NCBI GenBank assembly: GCA_965237805.1
Contig: OZ250153.1
Coordinates: forward strand, 320,001 to 384,000
Length of the DNA: 64,000 bases
From: Gammaproteobacteria bacterium
GTDB taxonomy: Bacteria > Pseudomonadota > Gammaproteobacteria > JABABF01
Reading direction: 5' to 3'
Shown piece after piece: positions 20,013-30,746 of this stretch. The position numbers and the translations under genes are program-made. The notes under the pieces are model-generated. The model ran no database searches. It was not told where the DNA came from and saw only the letters and a program-made list of their open reading frames with translations. The stretch's first letter is position 1, and every line of letters begins with the position of its first letter.

Positions 20013-20807
20013 TCAGGGCGCACAGCGGGTGCCCAGCAGGGCATCAACGGTGCGCAAACGCGCCATGGCCGCCATGCCTTGAGCGATGAAGTCCGCTTCA
20101 TCCACCACGGCGGCCTCAGTGGCCATGCCCCGCAACAACTCGGTGCCAGAGGCTCCCTCCTCTCCACCCTGCAGGCGCTGCAACAACTGCACCGTCATGG
20201 CACTGGCCTCGAGCCGACGCACGCGGTCGCCGCGGTCGCGGCAGACCACCATGTAGCAGGGCGCGGACAGTGGCTCAATCGGTTGGTAATCGGGGCCAAT
20301 GCGGTGCACTTCATAGGGGTAGGACAGCGCGCAGGCCAGCGGCGACACCACTGGCCAGCCATGTCGGAAATCCCCGGCCGGGTCGATGCCAGCTTCGCAA
20401 ATCTCTTCACTGGCACTGTACAGCGCGATGCGTGTCCACTGGTAATGGGCAAAAGCCAGCATAAAGGGCGGGTCGCTTGGCTCGGACTCGCGTTCGTGCT
20501 CCAAATAGGCGAGGAATTCGCCTCCGATATGGCGAAAATAGGGTGTCTGGCAGCGATGGTGGCGCAGGAAATCACCGACCAAGGCATGCCAATGCTCGGC
20601 ATCCAGCAACTCCCGCAGCTGGGGGAAAGCGTGCCCGACCAAGCGCTCAATATTGCTGTAGAACAGTTGGCGGTAGAGCGCCAAGCGCTCGGGATCTGCT
20701 CCCACTGGCCCGGGATTACCCTCTGGATCGCGAATATACGCCCCAAACTGCTCGACGACGCTTGCGAAATCGGTCTTGGCGACAGCCACGGCTACGGTGT
20801 GCATCAA
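20013..20807 (-). CDS. DUF2063 (HvfC/BufC-like) MNIO partner protein
   Basis: FGAYIRDP, RLALYRQLFYSNIE, F..H.C.TPYF, YPYEVHRIGP; overlaps the DUF692 stop. Confidence 0.88.
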   Translation of the reverse strand: MMHTVAVAVAKTDFASVVEQFGAYIRDPEGNPGPVGADPERLALYRQLFYSNIERLVGHAFPQLRELLDAEHWHALVGDFLRHHRCQTPYFRHIGGEFLAYLEHERESEPSDPPFMLAFAHYQWTRIALYSASEEICEAGIDPAGDFRHGWPVVSPLACALSYPYEVHRIGPDYQPIEPLSAPCYMVVCRDRGDRVRRLEASAMTVQLLQRLQGGEEGASGTELLRGMATEAAVVDEADFIAQGMAAMARLRTVDALLGTRCAP

Positions 20808-21640
20808 ACCATGGCGGCTTGGTGGCGTGCCTGCAGGCTACGAATACGATCCGTCTCGGCCAGCAGCTCGGGCATCGGCGGCATATTGTTGTCGCGCTCC
20901 AACAGCGTCGCGACCGGACCGCCGAGCCGCCCATAAACATAGTCGAGCAATTCCCAAGCCGCCTCGCCCACCGGCATGCCATGGGTGTCGATGCACAGCT
21001 GCTCATTCTCGCGGCGGTGCCCGGCGAGATGCAGATAGCGCACCCGCGACAAAGGCAAGCCATCGACAAAGGCTCTCGCATCGTAGCCGTGATTGCCACT
21101 GTTGACGACGATGTTGTTGACATCGAGCAACAACTCACAATCCGCCTCCTCAACCACCGCGTTTAAAAAGTCCAATTCCTCCATTTCCTGGCTGGGCGCG
21201 AGATAGTAGGAGGCATTTTCCACGGCGATGCGCTGCCCCAAGCAATCTTGCACTTGGGCGATGCGCCCTGAGATATGCGCCACCCCCTCCGCCGTGAATG
21301 GAACCGGCATCAGATCGTAGAGCTGACCGTGGTCAGCACAGGCCGTCAGGTGCTCAGAATAGAGCGGACATTGGTGACGATCCATGAAATCGCCAACTGC
21401 GTGCACCAAATCCATATCCACGGGCAAGATGCCGCCCAAATTCAGCGACAGCCCATGCAGGATGATGGGGAAGCGCTCGGCTATGGCGGCAAAACGCTTG
21501 CCCAGAGCACCGCCGTAGCCAACCCAATTCTCGGGTGCGACTTCAAAGAAGTCGACGCGGTTGTGCTCTAGTGCCTCAAAAGCGTCCAAGGGACGCCGCA
21601 GGCCAAGGCCAGCGCCGCCCCCTGTCTTGGTCTCGGGCAA
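20804..21640 (-). CDS. DUF692 multinuclear non-heme iron oxidative enzyme (MNIO)
   Basis: GLGLRR, FFEVAPENW, HGLSLNLG, YSEHL, ENASYY, LLLDVNNI, HLAGH, IDTHG, LLERD; probable TTG start at 21640. Confidence 0.95.
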   Translation of the reverse strand: MPETKTGGGAGLGLRRPLDAFEALEHNRVDFFEVAPENWVGYGGALGKRFAAIAERFPIILHGLSLNLGGILPVDMDLVHAVGDFMDRHQCPLYSEHLTACADHGQLYDLMPVPFTAEGVAHISGRIAQVQDCLGQRIAVENASYYLAPSQEMEELDFLNAVVEEADCELLLDVNNIVVNSGNHGYDARAFVDGLPLSRVRYLHLAGHRRENEQLCIDTHGMPVGEAAWELLDYVYGRLGGPVATLLERDNNMPPMPELLAETDRIRSLQARHQAAMV

Positions 21641-21656
21641 AAACCGCTGAGTTGGT

Positions 21657-22043
21657 TCAGCCGCAACGGCCTTCGCCACAGCTGCCTTCGCCTTCGGAAG
21701 CGCTTTTGCTGTGACCACCGCCAGAGGATTTGCTCTGACTGTTGTCACTACAGCTCCCTTCGCCACAGCTGCCTTCGCTGCTTGGCTCGGCATTGTCGCT
21801 GCAGTCGCCTTCGCCACAGCTGCCTTCGCTGTCACCGTCGCGTCCACGATCAAAATGATAGCTGGCGACCGGGGCACTCAAAGCGCTGCGCACTTCATCG
21901 GCGACAAAAGGGCGTGTGGCGGCAGCCGAGGCCAGAGGCATCACAGCCGATGCGAAAAAGGTTGCGCCCAAGACTGTTGCCAAAGAAGTGTCTTTGGCCG
22001 CCTTATGACTCGCCCGTTTGATCGGTTTCTTGAATTGGGACAT
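21657..22043 (-). CDS. Secreted Cys-rich RiPP precursor (HvfA/oxazolin-like EGxCG repeats)
   Basis: Signal peptide followed by EGSCGEGDCS, EGSCGEGSCS and EGSCGEGRCG; directly upstream of DUF692. Confidence 0.9.
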   Translation of the reverse strand: MSQFKKPIKRASHKAAKDTSLATVLGATFFASAVMPLASAAATRPFVADEVRSALSAPVASYHFDRGRDGDSEGSCGEGDCSDNAEPSSEGSCGEGSCSDNSQSKSSGGGHSKSASEGEGSCGEGRCG

Positions 22044-22215
22044 GGTATTTGCTCCCCCCTAATTGAGGATGATACTGATGCGGGTATGCACAGTGTGACT
22101 AGAGCTACCCATGCGAGTCACTATAACCCAATCGCACAATCAAGTCTAATACGCTGCCTGCCCGGAGGCGAGCCCACAGCCCACCACCTATAGCTGTTGT
22201 ATTAGAATCCCCTCC

Positions 22216-23127
22216 ATGCACAATGCGCAGTCCAACATGAGCCGCCGACACGGCAGCTGCCTCCCCGGTGCCATGATCGCGCTGGGTATTGTCTTGCCAC
22301 TCTCGGCGGCCTATGGTGCCGCCGAGTTCCGCATTGAGAATGGTGTGCGCATCATCGTCGCCAACGGCTTGCCCTCGCACCAGACGGGCGGTTTTCCCAA
22401 CCGCCACAACCCCAATACCATCCGCACCCAGCGTTGGAGTTTCCGCATGCCACTGCAACCACAGCTACTGGCAACACCGGCACCGCTGGGCATGTCCCCT
22501 TTCGGCATCGCACTCAACGGCGTATTGTTCGATCCCGGCACGGCGGAGACTTGGAACGGCAATAAGCGCTGGCACCAGGAAGCCCTGAGTGGCCTGATCA
22601 ACTTGGGCTTGGATCGCAACAACGCCCATGTGCAGCCCAACGGCAGCTACCACTACCACGGTCTGCCCGTCAGTCTCATCGCCCAGCGGCGGCAGCACTC
22701 TCAACCCACCCTGCTCGGCTACGCCGCCGACGGCTTCCCGATCTACGACCAGTGGGGCTTCGGTGCCGCCAAGAGGCGTGGCGGCGCACTACAGAGCTCC
22801 TACCGCCTGCGTCGTGGCTATCGCCCCGCTGGCCGCAACGGTCCAGGTGGCCGCTATAGCGGCCTCTACACAGCAGACTACGAATACATTGAAGGGCTGG
22901 GTGACTTGGATCAATGCAATGCGCGCATGGGCATCACACCGGAGTACCCCCAAGGCACTTACTACTATGTGTTGACCAACCGCTTCCCACATGTGCCACG
23001 TTGCTTCCATGCCCGGCCGGATCCCAGTTTCCAAATCCACAAGGCACGGCCGGTGCGCCCGCGCGATGAATCTCGGCGCGAGCGGCGAAAACGTTTGCGG
23101 GAGGAGCGGCGGCAATTCAGACGCTAG
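22216..23127 (+). CDS. Secreted YHYH-domain protein
   Basis: NGLPSH, GIALNGVLFDP, NNAHVQPNGSYHYHG, GYAADGFPIY, DLDQCN, TPEYPQGTYYY. Confidence 0.9.
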   Translation: MHNAQSNMSRRHGSCLPGAMIALGIVLPLSAAYGAAEFRIENGVRIIVANGLPSHQTGGFPNRHNPNTIRTQRWSFRMPLQPQLLATPAPLGMSPFGIALNGVLFDPGTAETWNGNKRWHQEALSGLINLGLDRNNAHVQPNGSYHYHGLPVSLIAQRRQHSQPTLLGYAADGFPIYDQWGFGAAKRRGGALQSSYRLRRGYRPAGRNGPGGRYSGLYTADYEYIEGLGDLDQCNARMGITPEYPQGTYYYVLTNRFPHVPRCFHARPDPSFQIHKARPVRPRDESRRERRKRLREERRQFRR

Positions 23128-23215
23128 CCGCATGACAGATGCCAGCCGCAAGGCGACGCGGACTCTGGCACGGGCTATAATTATCTGTTGCTCAAGCAGG
23201 TAGAGATCTGCCCGA

Positions 23216-24688
23216 ATGCCCAACTACTTCGACCAATTATCATGGCGGCGTCGCCTGCGCCAGCTAGGGCACTGTCGCTTCATGGCAGCAGCTGAATTCG
23301 CCGACGGTACAGCGGCGCTTGAGGGCAAGCGCATCGTGGTCGTCGGCTGTGGCGCACAGGGGCTCAATCAAGCTCTATGCCTGCGCGACAGCGGCCTAGA
23401 TGTCAGTGTCGCGCTGCGTGAGCAGGCCATCACCGAACACCGGCCATCCTTTGTCAGCGCCAAATCCAACGGTTTCAATATCGGCAGTTGTGAGGACTTG
23501 GTGCCAGCTGCGGATTTAGTGCTCAACCTGAGCCCGGATAAGCAACATGCCACCGTCATCGCCAAGCTGATGCCACTGATGAAGCGCGGTGCCTGCCTGT
23601 CCTACTCACACGGCTTCAACATCGTCGAGCAGGCGCAGCAGATCCGCGAAGATCTCAGCGTGATCATGGTCGCCCCCAAATGCCCCGGCACCGAAGTGCG
23701 CGAGGAGTATGTACGCGGTTTCGGCGTACCGACGCTGATCGCAGTGCACGAAGAGAACAACCCCGACGGCGAGGGATTGCGACTCGCCAGCGCCTATGCA
23801 GTCGGCCTCGGTTCGCACCGGGCCGGCGTGTTGGAATCCTCATTTGTCGCCGAGGTCAAATCCGACTTGATGGGCGAGCAGACCATCCTTTGCGGCATGC
23901 TACAGAGTGGCTCGCTGCTGTGCTTCGACCACATGGTGGCACGCGGTATCGATACCGGGCACGCTGCACGCCTAGTACAGGACGGCTGGGAAATCATCAC
24001 CGAGGCGATGAAACACGGCGGCCTGAGCAATCTGATGGCACGCCTGTCCAATCGCGCAAAACTGCGCGCTTTTGAGCTCTCCCAGCAGCTGAAGCAGATG
24101 TTGCGCCCGCTCTACGAGCATCATATGGATGACATCCTGTCTGGAGCCTTCTCCTCGGGCATGATGGAGGATTGGCAGCAGGGCGACCCCCGCCTGATGG
24201 CGTGGCGCGAACAGACCGCCGCCACCGCTTTCGAAGCTGCGCCACGCGACACGCCAGCGCTGGACGAGCAACAGCATTTCGATCAGGGCACCCTGATGGT
24301 GGCGATGGTGCAAGCTGGCGTCGAGCTCGCTTTCGAGGTCATGGTCGAAAGCGGTATCAAAGCGGAGTCGGCCTATTACGAATCCCTGCACGAAGTGCCA
24401 CTGATTGCCAATCTGGTCGCCCGGCGACGCCTGCACGAGATGAACTTGGTGATCTCCGACACCGCTGAGTATGGTTGCTACTTGTTCGACGAAGCTTGCC
24501 GACCGCTGATCGGAAAATTCATCGACAGCTTAGACAGCGATGTGATCGGCACCGTGCCACCATGGCTGAGCGATGGTGTCGACAACCGAGAGTTGATCGC
24601 TGTCGATCAGGCGATCAGTGAACACCCGGTGGAAATTGTGGGACGCGAATTGCGCCGCCACATGACCACCATGAAAAAGCTGCACTGA
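23216..24688 (+). CDS. ilvC: Ketol-acid reductoisomerase, long (class II, E. coli-like) form
   Basis: 490 aa; [63 protein letters not shown] at 23176-23181 upstream. Confidence 0.96.
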   Translation: MPNYFDQLSWRRRLRQLGHCRFMAAAEFADGTAALEGKRIVVVGCGAQGLNQALCLRDSGLDVSVALREQAITEHRPSFVSAKSNGFNIGSCEDLVPAADLVLNLSPDKQHATVIAKLMPLMKRGACLSYSHGFNIVEQAQQIREDLSVIMVAPKCPGTEVREEYVRGFGVPTLIAVHEENNPDGEGLRLASAYAVGLGSHRAGVLESSFVAEVKSDLMGEQTILCGMLQSGSLLCFDHMVARGIDTGHAARLVQDGWEIITEAMKHGGLSNLMARLSNRAKLRAFELSQQLKQMLRPLYEHHMDDILSGAFSSGMMEDWQQGDPRLMAWREQTAATAFEAAPRDTPALDEQQHFDQGTLMVAMVQAGVELAFEVMVESGIKAESAYYESLHEVPLIANLVARRRLHEMNLVISDTAEYGCYLFDEACRPLIGKFIDSLDSDVIGTVPPWLSDGVDNRELIAVDQAISEHPVEIVGRELRRHMTTMKKLH

Positions 24689-24750
24689 GCTGGCAGCGCC
24701 CAAAGACCAAACGGCGGCACTCAAACCGTCCAAACACAGGAACTCAATTA

Positions 24751-24834
24751 ATGGGCTATCCAAAAAAGCACCGAGGTCGCCGCAAAGTCGGCTCGACCAA
24801 GCGGCGCAATCGCAAGCGTAACAAGAAGCAGTAG
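24751..24834 (+). CDS. 27-aa Lys/Arg-rich small protein, below the ORF-track cutoff
   Basis: MGYPKKHRGRRKVGSTKRRNRKRNKKQ*; AGGA at 24738-24741 followed by an AT-rich spacer before the ATG. Confidence 0.6.
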   Translation: MGYPKKHRGRRKVGSTKRRNRKRNKKQ

Positions 24835-24877
24835 ACCCGCGCACCATCGCTGGATGCATTGACAGTTTTGCCGAGCT

Positions 24878-25399
24878 TCAAAAAACGCCTCCCGAGCCGC
24901 TGGGTGCGTCCAACCTCAGGCTGAGTGCGCCACCGCGCACCACTTCCAGCACTGTCAGCTGTCGCGCCTTCAAGTCGTGCAAAAACTGATCCAATCGCTC
25001 CGGCGTGGCTGCCAACTCGAGAATGCGGTTGCCCTCGCCAGCGGCGACCACAGCGGCACCGACAGCGGCGGCGGCATCTTCGAGAACAGCCACCGCCTCC
25101 TCGCTGTCGGTATCGAGTTCCAGCTTGACCAGCATCAACTCACGCTCGAGAAAATCACCACCGCCCTCGAGAGCGGCCTCGACACTGTAGACATCAAGCA
25201 GACGATCTAGCTGGCGAGTCATCTGCTCCAGTTGCCGCGCATCGCCATCGGTCACCAAAGTCAGGCGCGAGAGCGTCAGATCCTCGGTCGGGGCCACATT
25301 GAGGCTCTCGATGTTATAGCCACGCTGAGAAAATAACCCCACCAAACGCGACAAGGCACCGGGGGCATTCTCCATCAAGACACTGAGCACTTGGCGCAT
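24878..25399 (-). CDS. ilvH: Acetolactate synthase small subunit
   Basis: LSVLMENAPGALSRLVGLFSQRGYNIESLNVAPTED, ERELMLVK. Confidence 0.93.
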   Translation of the reverse strand: MRQVLSVLMENAPGALSRLVGLFSQRGYNIESLNVAPTEDLTLSRLTLVTDGDARQLEQMTRQLDRLLDVYSVEAALEGGGDFLERELMLVKLELDTDSEEAVAVLEDAAAAVGAAVVAAGEGNRILELAATPERLDQFLHDLKARQLTVLEVVRGGALSLRLDAPSGSGGVF

Positions 25400-25405
25400 A
25401 TGCTG

Positions 25406-27202
25406 TCAGCCCCCCCGCCGCCGCTCTGGCTCTGGTGGCGTGCGCTCATCCTTACTCAACCACATATCACTCAGCGAAGTGCCGGCGATGAGCATCGGGT
25501 AAACATGTTCGCTCTCATCGACCCGCACATCGAGAAATACCAAGCGCTCGCGCTGCTCAAAGCAACGCCGCATCGCTGGCTCTAACTCTTCGGGGCGGTC
25601 GACGTGCAGACCGATATGTCCGTAGGATTCGGCCAAGCGCACAAAGTCGGGCAGTGAATCTTGGTAGGTGCTATGCGAATAGCGTCCGCCATACTGCATG
25701 TCCTGCCACTGCCGCACCATTCCCAGTGCCTCGTTGTTGATATTGATGATCTTGATCGGCAAGCCGTACTGCAAACAGGTCGACAGCTCTTGGATCATCA
25801 TCTGGATACTCCCCTCGCCGGTGACGCAGGCCACCGTCGCATCGGGAAAGGCCAACTGCACGCCCATCGCCGCTGGCAAGCCAAAACCCATCGTGCCGAG
25901 GCCGCCGGAATTGATCCAGCGCCGGGGTTTTTTAAACGGGTAATACTGCGCCACAAACATCTGGTGTTGACCGACATCAGAACTGACATAGGCATCGCCG
26001 CCAGTCACCTCGTAAAGGCTCTGCACCACCTGTTGCGGCAAAATGCGGGCATCGTTCGGCTGATAACGCCGCTTGCGCAACAGCCCCTGTGCGTCGCGCC
26101 AATCCTCTATCTGTTGCCACCAATCAGCGAGCGCGTGGTCTCGATCGGCGCGCTGCCCCTTGTCTAAATCGACCAAGCATTTGTCTACCACAGGCGCAAG
26201 CGCATCGAGTATATCGGCGGCGATGCCGATGATAGGCAACTCCACTTCGATAATCTTGCCCACCGAAGCCGGATCGATATCGATATGAATGATCGCGGCA
26301 TCCGGACAGAAATATTCTGGTGCATTGGTGATGCGATCGTCGAAGCGGGCACCGACAGCCAGCAACACATCGCAGTGGTGCATCGCCATATTCGCCTCGT
26401 AAAAACCGTGCATGCCGAGCATGCCGACAAAACGTCGATCGTCACCTGGGTAGGCTCCCAAACCCATCAAGGTATTGGTAACCGGCGCGTTGAGCTGCTG
26501 CGCCAGCTGCACCAGCTGAGGCGAAGCATTGCCCTGCACCACCCCGCCGCCAGCGTAAATCATCGGTCGCCGCGCCTCGCTCAGCAGCAGTGCCGCACGC
26601 TCTAGCTGACTACTGTCCACCGCGGCTGGCAGGCGGTAGGAACGCAGCGAGACACTCTTTGGGTAACGGTATGGAAACTTGCGCGCCGGGTCGGTGGTGT
26701 TCTTCGGCACATCGATCACCACCGGACCGGGACGGCCAGTAGAAGCGATGTGAAAGGCTTGACGCACGATGTCCGGAATGTCCTCCGCCGCACGCACTTG
26801 GAAACTGTGCTTGACCACCGGGCGAGAGACCCCCAGCATGTCGGTCTCTTGGAAAGCGTCGGTACCGACCAAGTGCATCGCCACTTGGGCAGAGATCACC
26901 ACCAGCGGAATAGAATCCATCTGCGCAGTGGCGATGCCAGTGATGGTATTGGTCGCGCCCGGCCCGGAAGTCACCAACACCGCCCCCGGCTGGCCGGTGG
27001 CGCGGGCGTAGCCATCGGCGGCGTGGGTGGCCGCTTGCTCGTGGCGCACCAAGATATGCTGCACGGTATCTTGGCGAAACAGCGCGTCGTAAATATGCAG
27101 GGCGGCACCGCCTGGATAACCAAATAACAATCTCACCCCGGCATCACCGAGGGCACGCACCAACATCTCGCCACCGCTCAGCAGTTCCGCGTCTTTGGCC
27201 AT
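25406..27202 (-). CDS. ilvI: Acetolactate synthase large subunit
   Basis: FGYPGGA, VRHEQAA, TSGPGATN, SDVGQHQM, NSGGLGTMG, GEGSIQM, LGMVRQWQ. Confidence 0.96.
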   Translation of the reverse strand: MAKDAELLSGGEMLVRALGDAGVRLLFGYPGGAALHIYDALFRQDTVQHILVRHEQAATHAADGYARATGQPGAVLVTSGPGATNTITGIATAQMDSIPLVVISAQVAMHLVGTDAFQETDMLGVSRPVVKHSFQVRAAEDIPDIVRQAFHIASTGRPGPVVIDVPKNTTDPARKFPYRYPKSVSLRSYRLPAAVDSSQLERAALLLSEARRPMIYAGGGVVQGNASPQLVQLAQQLNAPVTNTLMGLGAYPGDDRRFVGMLGMHGFYEANMAMHHCDVLLAVGARFDDRITNAPEYFCPDAAIIHIDIDPASVGKIIEVELPIIGIAADILDALAPVVDKCLVDLDKGQRADRDHALADWWQQIEDWRDAQGLLRKRRYQPNDARILPQQVVQSLYEVTGGDAYVSSDVGQHQMFVAQYYPFKKPRRWINSGGLGTMGFGLPAAMGVQLAFPDATVACVTGEGSIQMMIQELSTCLQYGLPIKIININNEALGMVRQWQDMQYGGRYSHSTYQDSLPDFVRLAESYGHIGLHVDRPEELEPAMRRCFEQRERLVFLDVRVDESEHVYPMLIAGTSLSDMWLSKDERTPPEPERRRGG

Positions 27203-27358
27203 GATTTTTTAAAGCGCGACGCGGACGCGTCAATGTGAGACGGCTAGAAAGCGCAGTATATACCAGTGTTATCGCCGCCCCGGGCGATCTGAGCGTGGCT
27301 AAAACGCCCCGGCGATCGACAAGGAAAAATATTCGTCGCGCCGCGGGACGCGGTGGGC

Positions 27359-29971
27359 TCAGGCACTGTCACCCAAATGGAAAGCGCCGTCGCGCCAATC
27401 GACGCGCAACTGCGTTCCGGACGGCGGCTCATCGGCCAACAGGCGCTGCGAGAGCACACGCTCGAGCTCGCGGCGCAATACGCGTTGCAAGGGTCTCGCA
27501 CCGAAAGCCGGATCATAGCCCTGCTCCAGCAATTGTGCGCGCGCCGCAGCGCTCAATTCTAAGGTCAAACCACGTGCGGCCAAACGCTCTCCGAGCAGCC
27601 GCAATTGGCGATCGATGATGCCCTCTAAATGCTCTCGACGCAGCGAATGGAACACCACGATCTCATCGATGCGGTTGATCAATTCGGGACGAAAATAGCG
27701 GCGCAGCTCGGCCATCAGCGCAGGGCTCTCACGTCCGTCACCAGCAGGCGGTGCCGATGAATCTCCCAGTTCTACCGTCGGCACATCACCATCCTCATCG
27801 TCGATATCGGTGCCGGTACCGATATTCGATGTCATGACAATCACCGTGTGACGGAAATCAACCGTGCGCCCATGGCCATCTGTCAGGCGGCCATCGTCCA
27901 ACACTTGCAACAAGATATTGGACACATCGGGGTGCGCTTTCTCGATCTCGTCGAGCAGCACAACCGCGTATGGGTGCCGTCGCACGGCTTCGGTCAAAGC
28001 GCCGCCCTCCTCGTAGCCGACATAGCCTGGCGGGGCGCCGATCAGCCGCGACACCGAATGTTTTTCCATATATTCAGACATGTCGATGCGCAGCATCGCG
28101 CTGTCGCTGTCAAATAAAAAGCTGGCCAAGGCTCGGCACAATTCGGTCTTGCCGACCCCGGTCGGCCCCAAAAACAGAAAAGATCCATTGGGACGCTGCG
28201 CATCGGACAAACCGGCACGGGCACGGCGCACGGCATCGGCGACCGCGGCCAAGGCGTGCTCTTGGCCGACCACCCGCTCGCGCAATGCCGCTTCCATCTG
28301 CAGCAATTTTTCACGTTCGCCACGCAACATACGGGTCACCGGAATACCGGTCCAACGCGAGACCACTATGGCGATGTCCTCCTCGGTGACGCGGGTGCTG
28401 AGCAAGCGCCGCCGCGGCTCTTCCGCGCCTTCGCCAGCACGCAGTTCGGCCTCCAGTCCTGGCATGATGCCGTGCTGAAGGCGCGCCATTTCCGATAGAT
28501 CCGCACGCCGGCGGGCGGCGTCGAAATCGACGCGGGCGCTCTCCAGTTCGGTGCGCAGACGCTGGCTTTCACGCAAGCTTGCCACCTCGCGTTGCCACTC
28601 CGCTTCCAGCTCTCCGCTCTCGCCTTCCAAGCGGGCGATCTGCTCGTCGAGCTGGCGCAGGGAATCTCCCCCCTGTTCGCTCTCATCGCTGCCCACTGCC
28701 TCGCGTTCCATCTTCAGCTGCTCGAGGTGCCGTTGCAGCTGATCGAGCGGATCGGGACGGGAGTCAATCTCGACCCGCAGGCGGCTGGCCGCCTCGTCGA
28801 CTAAATCGATGGCTTTGTCTGGCAATTTGCGGTCGCTGATATAGCGTTGGGACAAACGCACCGAGGCCAGTAGCGCCTCATCGCTGATGGTGATGCCGTG
28901 ATGCACTTCGTAGCGCTCTTTCAAACCGCGCATGATGGCCACGGCATCTTCCTCGCCCGGCTCCTGCACCAAAATCTTCTGGAAGCGGCGCTCCAGCGCC
29001 GCATCTTTTTCCAAATGCTCTCGATACTCGTCCAAGGTGGTGGCACCGATACAACGCAATTCGCCACGTGCCAGCGCGGGCTTGAGCATATTGCCAGCAT
29101 CGATCGCGCCCTCGGCGCGACCGGCACCGACCATGGTGTGCAACTCGTCGATGAACAACACCACGCCACCGCGCTCGCGAGCAAGCTCTTGTAGCACTGA
29201 ACGCAAGCGCTCTTCGAAATCGCCACGATATTTGGCCCCCGCTAACAGCGCCCCCAGATCCAGTGCCAGCAGACGCCGCCCGCGCAGGCCAGTTGGCACC
29301 TCGTCGTTGACAATACGCTGCGCCAAGCCCTCGGCGATGGCCGTCTTGCCGACACCGGCCTCGCCGATGAGAACCGGATTGTTCTTGGTGCGCCGCTGCA
29401 ATACTTGGATGGTGCGGCGGATCTCCTCATCGCGACCGATCACTGGATCCAATTCACCAACACGCGCCCGAGCTGTCAGGTCGGTGGTATAACGCTCCAG
29501 CGCTTGGCGTTGCTCCTCGGCCTCCGGACCATCGACCGTGCGTCCGGCACGCGCCGCTTCCAGCTCGCGCTCCAAGCTGTGTTCGCTGAGACCCGCCGCC
29601 ACCAGTGCCGCCGCCAGCTCGCCGCCGCCACGCAGAGCGGCCGCCAATACCAGCTCGCTGGATAGATAGCCATCGCCACGCTTGGCGGCATCCTGTCCCG
29701 CCACTTGCAGCAACTGCCGCAACGCCGCATCCGGCTCCAAGTGCTGCGCTGGCGCACCCAGCTGGGACAGTTGGCTAAACAGCGCCTCCATACGCTGCGC
29801 CAACAGCACGCAATCGCCTCCAGCCGCAGCCAACAGTCGGCCACTAGGGGTCTGTGACGCGGCCAGCGCCCATAGTAGATGCGCCGGACTGAGCGCGGCG
29901 TGATGGCGCTCAACCGCCGCCGTGTGGGCACGATTGAAAGCGTCTTGCAAGCTGCTGGTGAAAGCGTCCAT
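27359..29971 (-). CDS. clpB: Disaggregase ClpB
   Basis: [13 protein letters not shown], two Walker A motifs ([16 protein letters not shown]), coiled-coil middle domain, FGARPL. Confidence 0.97.
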   Translation of the reverse strand: MDAFTSSLQDAFNRAHTAAVERHHAALSPAHLLWALAASQTPSGRLLAAAGGDCVLLAQRMEALFSQLSQLGAPAQHLEPDAALRQLLQVAGQDAAKRGDGYLSSELVLAAALRGGGELAAALVAAGLSEHSLERELEAARAGRTVDGPEAEEQRQALERYTTDLTARARVGELDPVIGRDEEIRRTIQVLQRRTKNNPVLIGEAGVGKTAIAEGLAQRIVNDEVPTGLRGRRLLALDLGALLAGAKYRGDFEERLRSVLQELARERGGVVLFIDELHTMVGAGRAEGAIDAGNMLKPALARGELRCIGATTLDEYREHLEKDAALERRFQKILVQEPGEEDAVAIMRGLKERYEVHHGITISDEALLASVRLSQRYISDRKLPDKAIDLVDEAASRLRVEIDSRPDPLDQLQRHLEQLKMEREAVGSDESEQGGDSLRQLDEQIARLEGESGELEAEWQREVASLRESQRLRTELESARVDFDAARRRADLSEMARLQHGIMPGLEAELRAGEGAEEPRRRLLSTRVTEEDIAIVVSRWTGIPVTRMLRGEREKLLQMEAALRERVVGQEHALAAVADAVRRARAGLSDAQRPNGSFLFLGPTGVGKTELCRALASFLFDSDSAMLRIDMSEYMEKHSVSRLIGAPPGYVGYEEGGALTEAVRRHPYAVVLLDEIEKAHPDVSNILLQVLDDGRLTDGHGRTVDFRHTVIVMTSNIGTGTDIDDEDGDVPTVELGDSSAPPAGDGRESPALMAELRRYFRPELINRIDEIVVFHSLRREHLEGIIDRQLRLLGERLAARGLTLELSAAARAQLLEQGYDPAFGARPLQRVLRRELERVLSQRLLADEPPSGTQLRVDWRDGAFHLGDSA

Positions 29972-30035
29972 CAGGGTGTCGCGTGCCGCAAAACTAGTCC
30001 TATATAGGAATATATGATGCTCAACAGCCTATAAA

Positions 30036-30746
30036 TCAAGTCCCCGGTAGCGCCGCTGGCCCCTGCCGCCAAATCGCCACCACATTGCGCCCACTCTGCG
30101 CACCATCGCGGCGCACAGAGTGCCAACGGCGATCGCTCCAACAGCACAGGCCGCTGTCGTAGATGGTGGCAAGGCCGCGCCGCTGTAGCCAATGGCAAGC
30201 CAAAGCACGCAATTCCAGTTGCCAGCGGCCAGCGCCCACCGGTTCGAAAAAATCCTCGGCACCGTCTAATGATGCGAGAGCTCGATGCACATCCTCACCG
30301 ACCGGATAATGGGCACCGCCGATGGCGGGGCCGATCCAAGCGATCAACTGGCCAGCCGGTGCTTTAAAGGCATCCACGGCGGCGGCCAACACACCGGCGG
30401 CGAGGCCACGCCAACCGGCATGCACCGCCGCCACCTCAGCCCCAGAGCGATCACAAAGCAACAGTGGCAGGCAATCGGCCGCCACCACCGCGCAGACCTC
30501 ACCCGGTGCGGTGGTGTAGGTAATGTCGCCCTCGCGACGCGCCGTAGACTGCGCATTGAGACTGGCAATCTGAGCACCGTGGCGCTGGCGTGGCAGCCGC
30601 AACGGCAATGGCAGCGCGTCGGGAATAGCCGCACCGGGTTGCTCCCCTAGGGCGCTGGCGAAACACAGCGAGTGCACCCCATCAGGCTGCGCCCAGTCGG
30701 GGTACAACACCGCCCCCACCGACTCAAGCTGTCGCGCCACCAGCAT
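30036..30746 (-). CDS. pgeF: PgeF/YfiH family protein
   Basis: Q.HG, ADCLPLL, AAVHAGWRGL, WIGPAIG, RRDG..GR; lies between rluD and clpB. Confidence 0.9.
   Translation of the reverse strand: MLVARQLESVGAVLYPDWAQPDGVHSLCFASALGEQPGAAIPDALPLPLRLPRQRHGAQIASLNAQSTARREGDITYTTAPGEVCAVVAADCLPLLLCDRSGAEVAAVHAGWRGLAAGVLAAAVDAFKAPAGQLIAWIGPAIGGAHYPVGEDVHRALASLDGAEDFFEPVGAGRWQLELRALACHWLQRRGLATIYDSGLCCWSDRRWHSVRRDGAQSGRNVVAIWRQGPAALPGT

Noticed and set aside
21641-21877. Ala/Lys-rich N-terminal extension of DUF692
   Set aside because: It is an alternate-frame reading of the precursor's repeats; a TTG start at 21640 gives a typical length.
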